From Octopus vulgaris (taxonomy: Eukaryota): 64,000 bases of DNA. The notes under the pieces are model-generated. The model worked only from the letters and a program-made list of their open reading frames with translations. It searched no databases and was not told the DNA's origin. Made by a program: the position numbers and the translations under genes. Where the stretch lies: NCBI GenBank assembly GCA_951406725.2, contig OX597815.1:85250001-85314000 (forward strand), in the 5' to 3' direction. Below, piece after piece: positions 39,047-52,915 of the stretch. Position 1 is the first letter of the stretch. Each line of letters starts with the position of its first letter.

Positions 39047-39407
39047 TACAGTATTGTAATACTGTATAGCAAAAATGCATTATTGGGATTACTTTCATGA
39101 TATCACAACATATCTTTTCACACAGACCAGATGTATTTATCATAATATTAATCATTTATCAGTACAATGTCTTAATACCAGTATATAGTAACTTCATAAA
39201 TTCAGAACCTTATTAATCCATAAGTAGATTAATTACTTTGTAAAAGCCTTGGCTAGCTATGTATTTCGTGTTGGGAGAAATTGATGTAAATATTTATTTT
39301 CTATAGAATGTAGTATATTTCTGAAAGGTTGTATATGGACTTCTATGTTTGTATAGGACTTTTTTTTTTTCTAAAACATTTCATGGAATATTTCTTTCTC
39401 ATTTCAG

Positions 39408-39521
39408 GGAGAAGGTGTTGCCTATCGAGGTAGGGCTCTGTTGGAATTGAAAACTGTTCTTGGAGAATTACCAGAACTTGCTCTAACAGATATACCAAAT
39501 GATGACCTCTTGAAAGTGCAG
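39408..39521 (+). CDS. MYOF: Ferlin exon (GEGVAYRGRALLELKTVLGELPELALTDIPNDDLLKVQ)
   Basis: atttcag|...|gttaat, 114 nt, phase 0-0. Confidence 0.96.
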
Positions 39522-41176
39522 GTTAATTTGCTTTTCTTTTTTTTTTTTCTTGTTAGTCTTTTGAATCGTACTGATGTTTTTTATTGTACATTATTTTCAT
39601 AGTCTTTGTTTATCTTTTTAGAAATTGCATTCTTTATTCTTGTTCAGAAAATTGTTCTGATGAGTATAATAGTTACTGGAAAGATTATTTAACCAAGTTA
39701 CTAATTTTGAAGTTGTTTATTTACTATCACATTTTCTTGGAATTCCTGATTGATTCCCAAAAGTTACTTGGAATAATTTTGTTTGAAATTTGTTGTGGAC
39801 GGGGGTGGAGGCGGTTAAGCTATAAGTTTATTTGGAAAATATTTAGGTAACACATGTCCAGCATACCAAATATGTTCACTTCCAATATAGTATGAGACTG
39901 TTTCACTGTATCATGCAATATTCAATGATGGTGAGATTCATTTATGTTTAAGCTGAAGCTAATTTATTCTCACAACTGTTTTTTATATATGTAGACGGGA
40001 TGGTGGTGGTAGTGATTGTAGATGTCATCAAGATGGATAAGTTGGTGCATTGCGAAATTATTTGAAATTTATTAGAAGTTTGGCAATCCCACATACTTAG
40101 AGAAACAGTATTCCATTGTATGTTAATTTAGGTATGTAATATGTATCAAGTAAGATTAAAGGGAAATTAATGTATTTTGGTGTGAATTTAAGTATTTGAA
40201 TCTGAATAAACAGTGGCAGTCTGTATGTTTTTATATTATAATCATTAATAGCTGTATCAAATATACATCTTGTGCTGGAGTAATAATCTCCAATACTTTA
40301 TTATTCTGTAGTTTGAAACTGCTATTGTGTGTGTTTTTTGTTATTCAGTTAACATTCTATTTGGGACCATTATATTTTCATTTAGAGCATATTGTCTTGA
40401 GATTTGGTACAAGAAAGGTCTTGTTTTAGAGATATGGATTCAAGAAGTTGAACTACTAAATCATATACTGGAATGATGAGGGAAATACTTTTGTTAGCTT
40501 CTAGAACTCTTTACATAAAAATGAATTCTAAAGAACAAAGCTCATTAGTCCTTGTAGAAGTGTTTTCTTCCATGCACTTTTCTCTGACTTCAGTATCTCT
40601 GAATTATTCCTCTGGTTATTAGTATAGCAACCATCTTCACTGATGTGTTCATTTGGGCCCTTTCATATAAAATAGCATCTTAAAAACTGGTTAGTACTGT
40701 TTTTTTTTGTCCTGGGTTTTTTTTTTAATGACATCTGTCAGAGAATAAACCATTGTTGTTGTTGATGATTTGAAATAGCACCTTTAGAAGTGTTTGTCAG
40801 AAAACCACTGAATTCATTTATTTATCACTCATCACTTGTATTTATTTTGTGTTCTGAACTCTTTGAATCCACTGTTAATTTTGTTTCTTGATATCCATAC
40901 CCATAGAACATAGAACAAATACAGTCAAATGAGAGCTCTAAAACAGAGCAATACTTGCATGTAAATCAAGAATTGAAATATTTTAAGCTTTTTAAATATA
41001 GAGGGACTCAGTGAGTGATTCTGATTCTCATGTTACTTAAAAAAGTTTTTCATAATATTTACAGCCAGGATATTAATTAACTTGTGAAAAGGGTTAAAGG
41101 TTTTTGGTGAAAATTTGTCTTTGTTGTTTTGCCGGGTATGACATTTAATAACAATAACTTTTATTTAATCCACTAG

Positions 41177-41276
41177 AAATTCATGCGCCGAAGGAATTAT
41201 AAACTTCATGCTGCCTTCCTCAATGCAACAATGGTTAGCTGCATTGATGCACCAATTGAATTTGAAGTCAGCATTG
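41177..41276 (+). CDS. MYOF: Ferlin exon, C2-FerA (KFMRRRNYKLHAAFLNATMVSCIDAPIEFEVSIG)
   Basis: cactag|...|gtaaga, 100 nt, phase 0-1. Confidence 0.95.
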
Positions 41277-42322
41277 GTAAGAATTTTATCTTCTAAATGA
41301 ATTGAATAAGTTATGAAAATAACTAAATTAATGAAATGTGCATAATTTTAAATGCTTTTGTTAATTTCAGATTCTTTACATTCCCAATGTGTAAAGTATT
41401 AGTTTCTATGATCTGAATATATTTGTTACTTGCACTTTTAGATATATTGTACCTTCTTAGTTTCCGTGCCTGAACTGAAATTATTCTTCCATTGAAAAAG
41501 TATTTAGTTATTTGATAGACTTAATCCACACTAGTGATTCAGCCAGTAAGAATAACCATTGCTTGAGAATGGAAGAATTTTACACAGCTGACTTTTTTAT
41601 ATTTTTTACCAATACACTAATTCTCTCTTTATACACAACAACGGCTTCATTGTGTGTGTGAGAGTGAATGAGTTAGAAGTATGATGTAGGACAGTGAAAT
41701 GTAACCAAAACAGCTGTAAAGCCTAATAGGATTTCAACAAGATATACAATAAAATTGTTGTTGATATTCCTTAGTTGAATATGTTGGTGGAATTAGACAT
41801 TAGATCTGTGTTTTGTCAATCAAAACTGCAATTTGGTTTCAATTCTCAGTTGATACAAGTATATTGCTGTTCTTATCCCTATCCTTGAGTTAAATTTTTG
41901 CTCTCAACTATAGAGCTTTTATAACTAATGAAAAAGAGACTGATATTTCAATTTGATAGTCTGCTTGATCTAAGTTATAAAACAAACACAAGTCAACAAA
42001 ATATTAAAAAATAACTTGAAATATTGAGGACCAACATCCAAAGTTGACACCATTTCTAAAATGTATTTATGACTTAGGTTAAAGCAAGAATTGATGAAAA
42101 ATGAAACAATTTTTAATATTTTATTACTCAAACCTAATAAGTAGGTTGGCTTGATGTTAAAATGATAGTTTCAAATATATTTACAAATTAATTCATTATT
42201 TTTACATTAAAATAAAATAAAGAATAAAAATGTGAGCATTTCTTTCACACTCCACTGTTCCAATATTTGTCAAAGTAAAAGCACAATGCTCAAGGGAAAT
42301 TTGATCTTATTTTTGATTGTAG

Positions 42323-42525
42323 GTAACTATGGTAACAAGCTGGACGTGAGTGTTGATCCATGTGCTTCAACAACCCAACCTACAAATGCTGTTTTTGATG
42401 GATGTTATTACCATTTCTTACCATGGGCATCAACTAAACCATGCACGGTGGTGGATAGTGCATGGGAAGATATCAGCTTCAGACTTGAATCTCTCAATCT
42501 TTTCCTCAGAATCATTGACTTACTT
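42323..42525 (+). CDS. MYOF: Ferlin exon (NYGNKLD...STTQPTNAVFDGCYYHFLPW...WEDISFRLESLNLFLRIIDLL)
   Basis: ttgtag|...|gtaagt, 203 nt, phase 1-0; lies inside ORF 42232..42657. Confidence 0.96.
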
Positions 42526-42554
42526 GTAAGTTACCTGTCTTGTTTATGTGTGAC

Positions 42555-42880
42555 ATCGTTATTTTTTGTCCATTGTCCATGCTGGCATGGGTTGGATGGT
42601 TTGACCAGGGTTGGCAAGCTGAGGGGCTGCACCAGACTCCAGTATGATTTGGCATAATTTCTACAGTTGGATGCCCTTCCTAATGCCAACCATTCTGAGT
42701 CTGTAATTGCTTCCTTAAGGCTGAATGCTTGAATGATACTTTTTACATGCCACCAGCACGAATGCCGGTTATGTGACGCCAGCATTGGCCACATTGCCTC
42801 CATGAGGCCCAATGCTCCATTGGTGAATTTTATGTGCCACCGGCATGGGTGCCAGTTACAGGACACTAGCATCAGCCATT
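42555..42880 (-). mobile_element. RTE-family 3' fragment immediately downstream of an exon
   Basis: catgctggcatgggttggatggtttgac...ggatgcccttcctaatgccaacca. Confidence 0.7.
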
Positions 42881-43116
42881 ACAATAATTATTAATTCTTA
42901 CTCTGTGTTGCTATGAAGATAATATCTTTAAATTACTTTAAGTGTGTGTTTCAGCCAACCCACCCTTTTTTATATTTACATAAGTCAAGTTTGCATAATT
43001 ATATGTGGATTGTTAAAGTAAGCCTTTTCATATTTTAATGCCTTTTCTTACACTTGTCACTAAATCTTATAGTAGATTTACAAAACCTATTTGCTAGCAC
43101 AGCAGACTGAAATCTT

Positions 43117-43310
43117 TTTCACTCTAGGTACAAGGCCCGAATTTTGTGGTGAGGGGGCCAGTCGATTAGATCGACCTCAGCATGTAATGGTACTTAATTT
43201 ATTGACTCCAAAAGGATGAAAAGCAAAGTTGACCTCGGCAGAATTTGAACTCCAAACGTAAAGACAGACGAAATGCCGCTAAGCATTTCGCCCAGCATGA
43301 TAACATTTAT
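43117..43310 (-). mobile_element. tRNA-derived SINE with MetaSINE-like core; other copies at about 12170-12300, 12423-12630, 17395-17520, 22480-22610, 44113-44295, 49277-49460 and 57120-57290
   Basis: B-box-like gagttcaaattc followed by the core ctttgcctttcatcct...gataaa..aagtaccag, repeated across the window. Confidence 0.7.
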
Positions 43311-43729
43311 GCCTTATGGCAATCAATTTAATATACTTTGTCTTGAGACTTCTTAACAAGATTTATGCAATATTCAAACGTCTAAACATCAGTAAGTTTG
43401 GGTTATGTAAGATGAAAATTATGTAAGGTTATATACAGAGCTTACAAGGTTTTAAGCTGTTATCACTGTCTGATGCTAGCATTACTAAATAACTCTACTT
43501 GGACCTGTATTAATTGTACATGGGCATAATTGATCGAAGAATTATCCAAACAACTGTTTCAACAGTGAGTCTCAAAGTTTTATTGCTAAGTATTCTGTCC
43601 TTATCTAGTTTCCTTTGAAGAACATTCAGAAATTCAAATAAATGAGGGCAGTCTTTGCTAATTATATTTGATTGACAATTAAAACCAGTTTTAATATTTA
43701 TTTCTTCCTTTGAATTTTCCACTTTGTAG

Positions 43730-43836
43730 GAATCTAATTTGGAAAGAATTCGTATCAGCATGCGGACAAAACTGCCTCTTCCAGAGTTAGCTCAACTTGT
43801 GATATCATTACTGAAAGAACTGATTGAAGATTTAAA
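43730..43836 (+). CDS. MYOF: Ferlin exon, FerA (ESNLERIRISMRTKLPLPELAQLVISLLKELIEDLK)
   Basis: tttgtag|...|gtaagc, 107 nt, phase 0-2. Confidence 0.93.
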
Positions 43837-44298
43837 GTAAGCTTCATATTTTGTCTGAACCCTATTTTTTATTTATGAGTATGATTAAGGTAAACCATTT
43901 CTGCTGGGTTTTTTCTGTGTTAATATAATGGGCTTTTAAAATAGTTATAATCCATTTATTTCTGACTGTTTCAGTCTTCAATATATTCTGATTCTCATAA
44001 AGCTAGTTTACTCTAAAGTTTTGTTGAGTTGTCTTTATCTTATCAACCTTTACACATAAGTAGTGAATGCAGTTTCAGGCATGTACCCTAAATTTGCAAA
44101 TATAATTATTGGTTTCAAATTTTGGCCCAAGGCCGGCAATTTCAGGGGAGAGTGTATATTGATTATATTGACCCCTAGTACTAAACTAGTACTTATTTTA
44201 TCAACCCTGAAAGAATGAAAGGCAAACCCAATAGCATTTGAACTCAGAACCTAAGCATTTTGTCTAGCACTGTAACAATTCTGCCATATTGCCACCTT

Positions 44299-44775
44299 AT
44301 CATCATCATCATTTAACGTCCGTTTTCCATGCTAGCATGGGTTGGATGATTTGACTGAGGACTGGCGAACCAGATGGCTGCACCAAGTTCCAGTCTTGAT
44401 CTGGCAGAGTTTCTACAGATGGATGCCCTTCCTAACGCCAACCACTCCGAGAGTGTGGTGGCTGTTTTTATGTGCCACTGGCATGAGGGCCAGTCAGGCG
44501 GTACTGGCAACGGCCATGCTCAAATGGTGTTTTTTATGTGCCACCTGCACAGGAGCCACTCCAGCGGCACTAGCAACGACCTCACTCGAATGTTTTTTTC
44601 ACATGCCACCGGCACAAGTACCAGTAAGGCAACGCTGGTAACGATCACGCTCGAATGGTGCTTTTCACGTGCCACTGGCATGGAAGCCAGTTAGCTGCTC
44701 TGGCAATGATCACACTCGGATGGTGCTCTTAGCACTCCACTAGCACGGATGCCAGTCATCGAATTTGATTTTGAA
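44299..44775 (-). mobile_element. RTE-family 3'UTR copy
   Basis: (CAT)n-ttaacgtccgttttccatgctagcatggg...ggatgcccttcctaacgccaaccactccgag plus tandem subrepeats of about 55 bp. Confidence 0.75.
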
Positions 44776-45525
44776 TTATTCTAATGTATATTTTAATTTT
44801 ATGTTTTTCACAAATTAGATATTTAATGGTTGATTCACCTTAATTATTGAAAGCTTCTTTGGTTCAAATCTTAGCTGTGTCTACTATGATTTGAATTCTC
44901 AATTACTATTATGCACTTGATATGTATAATTTAACATAATTAGTTTTATCTGAAAGGCAACTATATGTCTTATGAAAGATTGATTTTAATTTATTACTTT
45001 AATTGCATTGGATAACCCCTTAAAAAGTAGAGAAATTATATTTTTCTTAAAAAATGTAATTTAATATAATTTTTATTTTATTTTGTGTCCAAGTGGTTTA
45101 GATGCTGGACTAACAGTCATAAAATCATGGGTTCAGTTCCTGGACTGAGCAGAATGTTATGTCCTTGAGCAAGATACATCACTTCACATTGCTCCACCCT
45201 ACTCATCTGTAAATGAATACCAGCTTGGTGTTGGTACTGCTTTTTCTCCCTTCAGCATCACATCCACCATGTTCCACTGTATATAGAGTAGGAAGGCCAA
45301 GAGAGGGTGCTTGTCTGCTCACAACTATAGAAACACCTAAAAACAATTAGCAAAAGCATAGTACATTTTATTGGATCATGTTTGTTTGCATGATATTGTA
45401 ATGACATTTTTCATATTAGTGATTTGTTTAGATTTGATTCAAACTACATCTTATAAGACTAAAAGAATTTAAACTGATAACTTTTTCTTTTGTTTGTTTG
45501 AAATTGTTTCATATTTGTTTGACAG

Positions 45526-45721
45526 GAAACCTTTGTCACTACCCCAGTCTGGGTATCACATGGAGAATGAACTGGACAAAAACATAAGAGCCTTCAGGGA
45601 GATTGAATTGAAAGATATAACTGAAAATGCTGAACGTGTAATGAACAATGCAACAGATATCAATGAGGCACTCTCTGAGATTGAGAGTATCTTGGAGAGA
45701 TTAAAAGGTTTAGCTATTGAG
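45526..45721 (+). CDS. MYOF: Ferlin exon, FerA (KPLSLPQ...ELDKNIR...ATDINEALSEIESILERLKGLAIE)
   Basis: tgacag|...|gtaaat, 196 nt, phase 2-0. Confidence 0.95.
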
Positions 45722-47118
45722 GTAAATTGTAAATATATTTCTTTGTAGTGTGTGTTTATTGTGTGGCAGTTTTTCAAAGTTATCTTGGATAACATTGTGA
45801 ATTCTAGAACATGTGTGTATAAAATTATTCTTGCAGCAATGTTTCATCTAACAGTCATTTTCAATTTTAAAAAAAATGATTATCTTTAACATACAGTTTC
45901 AAACATTTTGGTCAGATGATTTCAAATTCCATCTTAGTATCTATGGCTATAAGAATAGAATTTTATCTTAGTAGTAACAAAGGATGTGAAGGGAATTTTT
46001 TTTTATGCCAACATATCCCATAATTCATAGAACTTTTTCATTAACCATATATAGAAGATGATGGTAAATGTCAGTTGAACTCTTCTCACTTTTGTTGCTA
46101 TTTTTAAAGGGAAGTTTTGATATTCTTTCCCTTATAAACCCTATTGCAGAAGGGTGTGCATTACCTATGCCTGTTTATCAACATGAATCTTGACAAGCTG
46201 AACAGTAGTTTATGTATACATAGAAGAGGAAAGGGTCTTGTAGAGGAATGAAAGACTGCATAAACTGTTTGGCAGGAAGTTTAGCAAATAACCCACAAAT
46301 CTGGTTTAATGGATACTTGACCTGAGGGCTAATCCATTAGCCCTCAGGTCAGACCTTTCATCTAATATTTTTCATCGATGATCAACCTGTTGCTGTTTTA
46401 GGGCATTTCATATCTAAGGAGAAGGCCTGACTTCTTATTCCTATCCAATCAAGTGACCAAATAGAGAGATCCACCTCAATCTCTACTGTCTTGGTGATGT
46501 TGTTAACTAGTTCTAAAGACACTAACACTAGCAGTATTCATGGAAATTCTTTGGCCCATTTTGTGGTACATCATCAGCCATAAACATCTCCCCATTCAGT
46601 AATAATATCATGTAATTTCTTTCATAACCCTTTAATTGATTTCTAAGAAATCTTCTATTCTCTTCTATCAAGTATTCTCACTTCAAGCCTGTTTTCTCAT
46701 TCTGGATTTTGCAAAATATTCTTGCCTGTCATCATCATTCATACTTTTGCCTTTATTTTTGGTTTACTGCTCTCATTCTTTCTCTATAGACACACACACA
46801 CACAGCGAGCTAATTGTCATCAATGTGTGTGTGTGTGCAACTAGTGTTTGAATATCTCTCTCTTGCACACTCTTTTGCCATCCTTTTTCAAGGAAGTGAC
46901 AGTGTTTTTACATTACAGGAATCTATCATAACATTTTAATATAATAGATTAGTTTACTATTGAGTGGATCAGTAATAAAACTCAACTTATTTCATGTGCC
47001 TCAGGTGCAAGATCTAAAATATCAATGCCATAGTAGAAAAGTGGACTATAAAATGTCTTTTGAGAATGATGTTATTTGTTAAATATTCCATTGTAAACAA
47101 ATTTTTTTTTTTTTTTAG

Positions 47119-47271
47119 CCACAAAACAGCATGCCTGATGTCATCATTTGGATGATCAGTGGAGAGAAAAGGATTGCTTATTTCAGAATTCCTGCTTACG
47201 AGTTGCTTTATTCTGATAACCCTAATTACATTGGCCGCCAGTGTGGTAAAGTACAGTCTATCCAACTGAGA
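47119..47271 (+). CDS. MYOF: Ferlin exon, FerB (PQNSMPDVIIWMISGEKRIAYFRIPA...CGKVQSIQLR)
   Basis: poly-T ag|...|gtaagt, 153 nt, phase 0-0. Confidence 0.96.
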
Positions 47272-47592
47272 GTAAGTTGAAAAATGTCTTACAACATGAA
47301 AATTTAACCAATGAAACATTATGTTCTTAATCTATTAATTAATTTCTAATTGAGGTTTTAATTTTGGGAATTCAGTTTTATTCTTTAATTTAAAGAAATT
47401 TGGTTAGAATATTTTTCTATGAAATATTTCCCAGCTTCTTCAGAAATTATAAAACAAAATTATAGCTTGCTTGGTAACTTATTTTTTACTTCAACACTTT
47501 CCAAATTCTAGGTAAAGTTTTAAGTCTAGCGTGAGTTTAAAGTAAAACATCATTTATTATTTTTTCTTTTTCTCTTTCTTTTATTTTCTTAG

Positions 47593-47733
47593 TATCCTGG
47601 GCTGAAAGCACAGAAAGAAAAATATAACATACCTGCTTTGATCCGTGTGAAACTGTGGCTTGGTCTTTCAAAACAGGAAAAGGAGTGGCATAATATCCAA
47701 ACTGAAGGCGAACTTGCTGTTTTTGCTGAAACT
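47593..47733 (+). CDS. MYOF: Ferlin exon, FerB (YPGLKAQKEKYNIPALIRVKLWLGLS...EGELAVFAET)
   Basis: ttcttag|...|gtaagt, 141 nt, phase 0-0. Confidence 0.95.
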
Positions 47734-48916
47734 GTAAGTTTTGACCTGTTAGAATATTCAGTGTTGTTGACAATGGTTTTTGATAGTCATTAGTAGATTC
47801 TTTCACAAGTTTCAATCTTTGAATTGTACCTATACTGGGAGACTGATCTTCAAGTATTGTCAATTATATTAATCACAGTATTACTTTGTTGAGTACATTT
47901 TTGGTAATATCATAAGAGATGAAAGGCAATGTTAAGCATTGTGCAGAGACAAAAATAGTTACTACAAGACAAATTTAATTTGGTCATCCTTGCTGATACA
48001 CACACACACATAAAGATTCTATCACGGTTCACATTGATCAAATTTCACTTAAGGTTTTGGTTGACCTGGGGCTATTGTAGAAGACAGCTCAAAGTGCTGT
48101 GCTGTGGAATTAAACTCAGAACCACATGGTTACAAAGAGACAGAGACCTTCTTAAAAATGCACCATGCTTCCACATGAAAATGAAATAAGTTGTTGTATA
48201 CAAGGGATCAGATAATAAATAAAGTTTCAATGTTCAGAATATTTTAAAGATAAATTATACAAATATAGCTTTTCAGTTTTAATCTTACTTAAATTTATGA
48301 CTTAACTCTTTTGCTTGTCCAAAGCATCTTCATAAATTTGTCCTAAATGTCCTTGCTTGTTATCAGATTTTTAATTTCATATTTTCTGAGTAATATAAAG
48401 CTCTCCTTTCATAAGTTCCAAGTTACTTTGGTAGTTCAAAAAAAATTTTGAAATGTGTGTGTATAAGATACATGAACACCAAGGAAATATGTCTTGTGTA
48501 TCACATATGATATACAGGACTAGCAAAGTGTTAACATTTAAAAATTTACATTGATCAATTTGGCTTACCTTTCCAATTGTAATAATCTACTAAAAGATGG
48601 TAGAAATATGTTAGTAGACATTGTAATGCTGGACTAAATACTTGCTTTAAAGAATGTATTTTTGTACTTCCATCTTTTGAGACCAAATTCTGCTGGAATG
48701 AAGTTTTCATTTCACCCCTTTGTAATCAAAGTGCCACTAATATTTGGAACCATTGACTAGATAACATCTTCCCTAGTCACTGTTCCACAAAGTTTTGATT
48801 AGTAGTATGTAAATTTATATGATTGCTTTTCAAAGGAATGTTTACCGTGTAGTTAGAAGTTTGAATAAAAGTTAGCATTTTTTTAAAGATATTTTATGAA
48901 ACATTTTATTTTGTAG

Positions 48917-49003
48917 TATGAAAATCAAGTCAGCATCCTTGGGTCCTGGACTGATAAAAGCCCAACCATGACTAGACCAAAATTTTCAGATATTCAAGGA
49001 AAA
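48917..49003 (+). CDS. MYOF: Ferlin exon, outer DysF N-part (YENQVSILGSWTDKSPTMTRPKFSDIQGK)
   Basis: ttgtag|...|gtaagt, 87 nt, phase 0-0. Confidence 0.95.
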
Positions 49004-50176
49004 GTAAGTTATTTTAGTTGTTGTTGTTGTTCGGCTCCCAAGTAACCCTGGATTGAGAAGACCTATTAAAAGGCTGTTTCAATCACTGTCTTATTTGTTA
49101 TCAATCCATCATTTTTCTACACAGTATATCCAGGCTACATGATCCAATGTCTTTCCTTTATTTTTAAATGATAGTGTGATTTGTGAAGTGAGAATGATTC
49201 TGCTGCTATTTCTTGATGGTTGAGTGACCAAGTACAAACTCTCTCATTGGGTCATGCATAGGCACATTAATGTTGATTTCAAATTTTGGCAAAAGGCCAA
49301 CAATTCCAGGGGAGTGGGTAAGTTGATTATATATTAACCCCAGTACTCAACTGGTACTTATTGTATCAACCCTGAAAGGATGAAAGACAAACTCAGAACA
49401 TAAAAATGGACAAAATGTTGCTAAGCATTTTGCCCAGTGTAATAATGATTCTGTCTGCTAACAATCACATTAATATTAAGTTTTGAAGACTAAAATTTCT
49501 GCCTGAACAATTACATTTAGATCCAAGATTTCCCTCAGTCAGATTTATTTCAGAATATTTACAATATTTACTGTTTGCAAACAAAACAAAATTGAAATTT
49601 TCAATTGATTTGATTTGGTTTAAATTCAATATAACACAGCTGAAATAAATTGTGATAAATGTTTTGTTTTTTTTATTTAAAAAAAATTCTTGATATCCTA
49701 TATAAAAAAATGTACTTTTAATATCCTTTTAAAAATTACAGATACATAGCTCTTCAACTATATGTTTATGGAACCCCTGAAGAACTCTTTGGGATCATTA
49801 GTTAGCTTTAATGTGAATATTAAATCACTACATGAATAGCATATAAGTTTATGGTGATTTGCATTCTTAGGGGATTTGGCCAGCAGTTAAGTATAGAGAA
49901 ACCCATAGAATTTAGTGTGTTGTTCTGAGACACTGCAACACATGGCAGATTTTTAATTTAAGACCTGTGACGTGGTAGCCAGTGTCTTATGTATAATGCT
50001 GTTTCACTTGATATCAAGTTTATTTTATGCCATTGTTATGATTATAGTGTTATCAATAGACCTGTCTAGCATTGAAAGATAAATAGCAAAACTTTGGGGA
50101 AAAACTGAAGTAAATTTTATCATCCAAATTCTTTAAGGCATTTCTAATTAGAAATATATGGTCTATTTTGGTTTAG

Positions 50177-50256
50177 TTAAATCTGAAGAAGGAATATTTC
50201 ACCCCCCCAAACGGATGGCAATGGGATGGTGACTGGTACATTAGCCAGGAACTCAG
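50177..50256 (+). CDS. MYOF: Ferlin exon, outer DysF (LNLKKEYFTPPNGWQWDGDWYISQELS)
   Basis: gtttag|...|gtaagt, 80 nt, phase 0-2. Confidence 0.95.
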
Positions 50257-50499
50257 GTAAGTAACTTTTTTTACTTTAATTTTACATGAATGAGAATTCA
50301 GATTTCTTCAATTTATCTTTGATTAAATACTGGAAATTCATTCTAACTTTGAATATAGTTTTTTTCTTCTCATATACAATGCAGCATTATAGTAATAGTT
50401 GCTAAGGCAGATTGTATCAGCTTTGATAGTGGTTTACCATTCCCCTGACTACCATCAAGATACTCAGTTTTTTTAATTTCTCAGAGCTGCATCAAAGAA

Positions 50500-51960
50500 A
50501 ACAGTCTCCTATGTTTTCATTACTGGTGATTTCAACTACTCAGAGATTGATTGAGAAATCTTTCACTGACTGCAAAGTGCAAATAATTTCCTTGATTTAG
50601 TGCTAGGTTTGAACTGATCCCAAGTAATTACCTCCATCATGAGAAGTAACAACACTTTGGATCTGCTATTTACCACACCTCCTGAAACTCTGATTGGCAC
50701 CACTCTTATTGACAGCAAGGAAAACTGCCACCACTACCAGCCAACTACTTGCTTTGATTGGAACACTCACTGTACTGAATTACAGGGCCTGAACTGAACT
50801 GAATTGAATTTTACTACTCTAGAGATGTCAATACCCTCCTTCAACACATCATCAATTCAATATGAAATGCTTTATTACATTGGAATCTACAAAAGCACAA
50901 TTTGGGAGTGTGCAACAGTTTACCTTACCAGGACAGAAGATACTGAACATGAATACAGATTACTTTGCATAGAGGATAATAGAAGACACAACAGAGTAAC
51001 CAAACATATCAAGTAAATGATTGGAAAGATATTACTTAAATTTAAACCCTATGTAGCAACCAACCTGGATAACAAAGTATTCTGGAAATATGTTTACTTG
51101 AAACAGAGGCCTCACTCTGTTGTTGGGCCCCTCTGCATTTCCCCACACAAGTCAGATTAGTGATGTTCCCAAAAAGTGTACTATGACTATTGCCAAATAC
51201 AATGTTGGCATTTTTACTGTAAAATTCTTCACCAAATTCCTGGCACCAAATTCCATAACATCTGTTGAATTTACCCCTGCAGTGCCTCAACACCACCTCA
51301 AGTACATGCACATCTGTCTCCTCTGATCTTAATGGTGTTACTTGTCTGCTTCTCAAACATGATGACCTCTTTCTACTGCACCTACTTTCACTCATCTCCC
51401 AATTCTGACTTAATAACATCAGCTAAATCACATATGGCAGTTCATGGGTGGATGTCACCTGTCTGAAATTTGTCAAAGCTTTTAATTTTGTGCCACATAA
51501 ATGACTTGTAGCAAAGCTCTTTGCAATAGGTATGACAGCTAATTCTTTATAATTGGTTGAAATTTTTCATTCTCATTCATAAAGAGGTAGTTACACTACT
51601 AGGATGACATTTTGAACCCTATCTGATGACATCTGCAGTCCAACAGAATCAGTTCTTGGTCCTCTGTTTCTGGTTGCTTATATAAATAAAGTAGTTACCT
51701 ACTTGAAGTTAAAATATTTATTGTGTTAAAATATGCTGTATCTTGAGATTTAAAAAATGGCACTTATAAGCTATAGATCTTTCTTGCAATGTGACCTGGA
51801 CACATCACATTGACAAAGATTGCTGACTGGAAGTGCACTACTATGCATTTATGGAGTTAAAAAAATTTAAAAAATAAATAAAAAACACAGAATTTACCTC
51901 CTCCCTTTACAAACCCAACCTTAAAAAGTCTGCTGGTGAACATGGCCTAGACACTATTGT
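50500..51960 (+). mobile_element. Degenerate CR1/L2-like LINE ORF2 relic
   Basis: Fragments translate to FITGDFNY and NNTLDLLFT (APE endonuclease) and SVLGPL...YIN (RT); many stops and frameshifts. Confidence 0.65.
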
Positions 51961-52030
51961 CAACATTGATCTACATAGTTTGTATCCTTATATTTTAGTC
52001 TCACATTTTTTTTTCTCCTCAATTATACAG

Positions 52031-52145
52031 CCTCATGTTTGATAAAGATGCTGGTCACCGCAACTATCTAGAAGAGGTTTATGAAAACCAATACAGACTT
52101 CCTCGGGGTACTTGGGGACCAATGAAACAAGCATGGAGTGATGTG
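52031..52145 (+). CDS. MYOF: Ferlin exon, inner DysF (LMFDKDAGHRNYLEEVYENQYRLPRGTWGPMKQAWSDV)
   Basis: tatacag|...|gtaaaa, 115 nt, phase 2-0. Confidence 0.95.
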
Positions 52146-52812
52146 GTAAAATATCGTTTTTTATTACTTAAACTGTCACTGAGATTCAAGGAATATGTTG
52201 TTTAAATTTGGCTAAAATTGGTATTTGACTAGCTAGTGCTCATTTCAATCAGAAAAAAATTAAAAGATTTAAAGTGAGATACATTAGTGGATTATGATGA
52301 AGGAAAAAGAATGAAATGTTTAATGCAAAGTCCTTTGTCAAAATAGAATTTTAAGACAAGTTTTCTTTTACCAGACTACTGGCATTTTAGACTCCATTTT
52401 TCTTGATGCATTATTTCAATCATTTATCATTAATTAGTTAGACTCTTTTTATTATCTTCCTATCTTTAAATAATGCAACTTTTATTAATATTCATCAAAG
52501 GTGATGTTGCATACTTTTTCTTTTACCTTCCTAATGAAGAAAACTGTCCAGAGAATTACATTTTCCATAGTGTACCAACTTTTGAGATTTTTAATAATGT
52601 AACCCAAGTCAGCATGAAAACATTGACATATACAAGTGAGATTCTGAAAACAAATACATGCTTCCTTGTTTGAGGTTCTATTTAACAGAATATAGACTTC
52701 ATTTTAAACAACTATAGCAACTGAAAAGCTATTATTCATAAATTTGGTCTCAGAATGTATAGTTGTCTTGTTAAAATGATTCACGTCATCTGAATGTGAT
52801 CCCCTTTTTCAG

Positions 52813-52915
52813 AAAGGAGATGTTATGCCATCTAAAGATGAAACCAAACTCCCAGAAGGATGGAAATGGGATGACGACTGGAAAATTGATTTAAGCAGAG
52901 CTGTAGATGAAGAGG
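52813..52915 (+). CDS. MYOF: Ferlin exon, inner DysF (KGDVMPSKDETKLPEGWKWDDDWKIDLSRAVDEEG)
   Basis: ttttcag|...|gtaaga, 103 nt, phase 0-1. Confidence 0.95.

Noticed and set aside
44460-44760. Repeat units with variable intervening sequence resembling a CRISPR array (also 59120-59400 and 31250-31580)
   Set aside because: These are degenerate subrepeats of about 55 bp in the RTE-family 3'UTR. The spacers resemble each other, there are no cas genes, and the context is eukaryotic.
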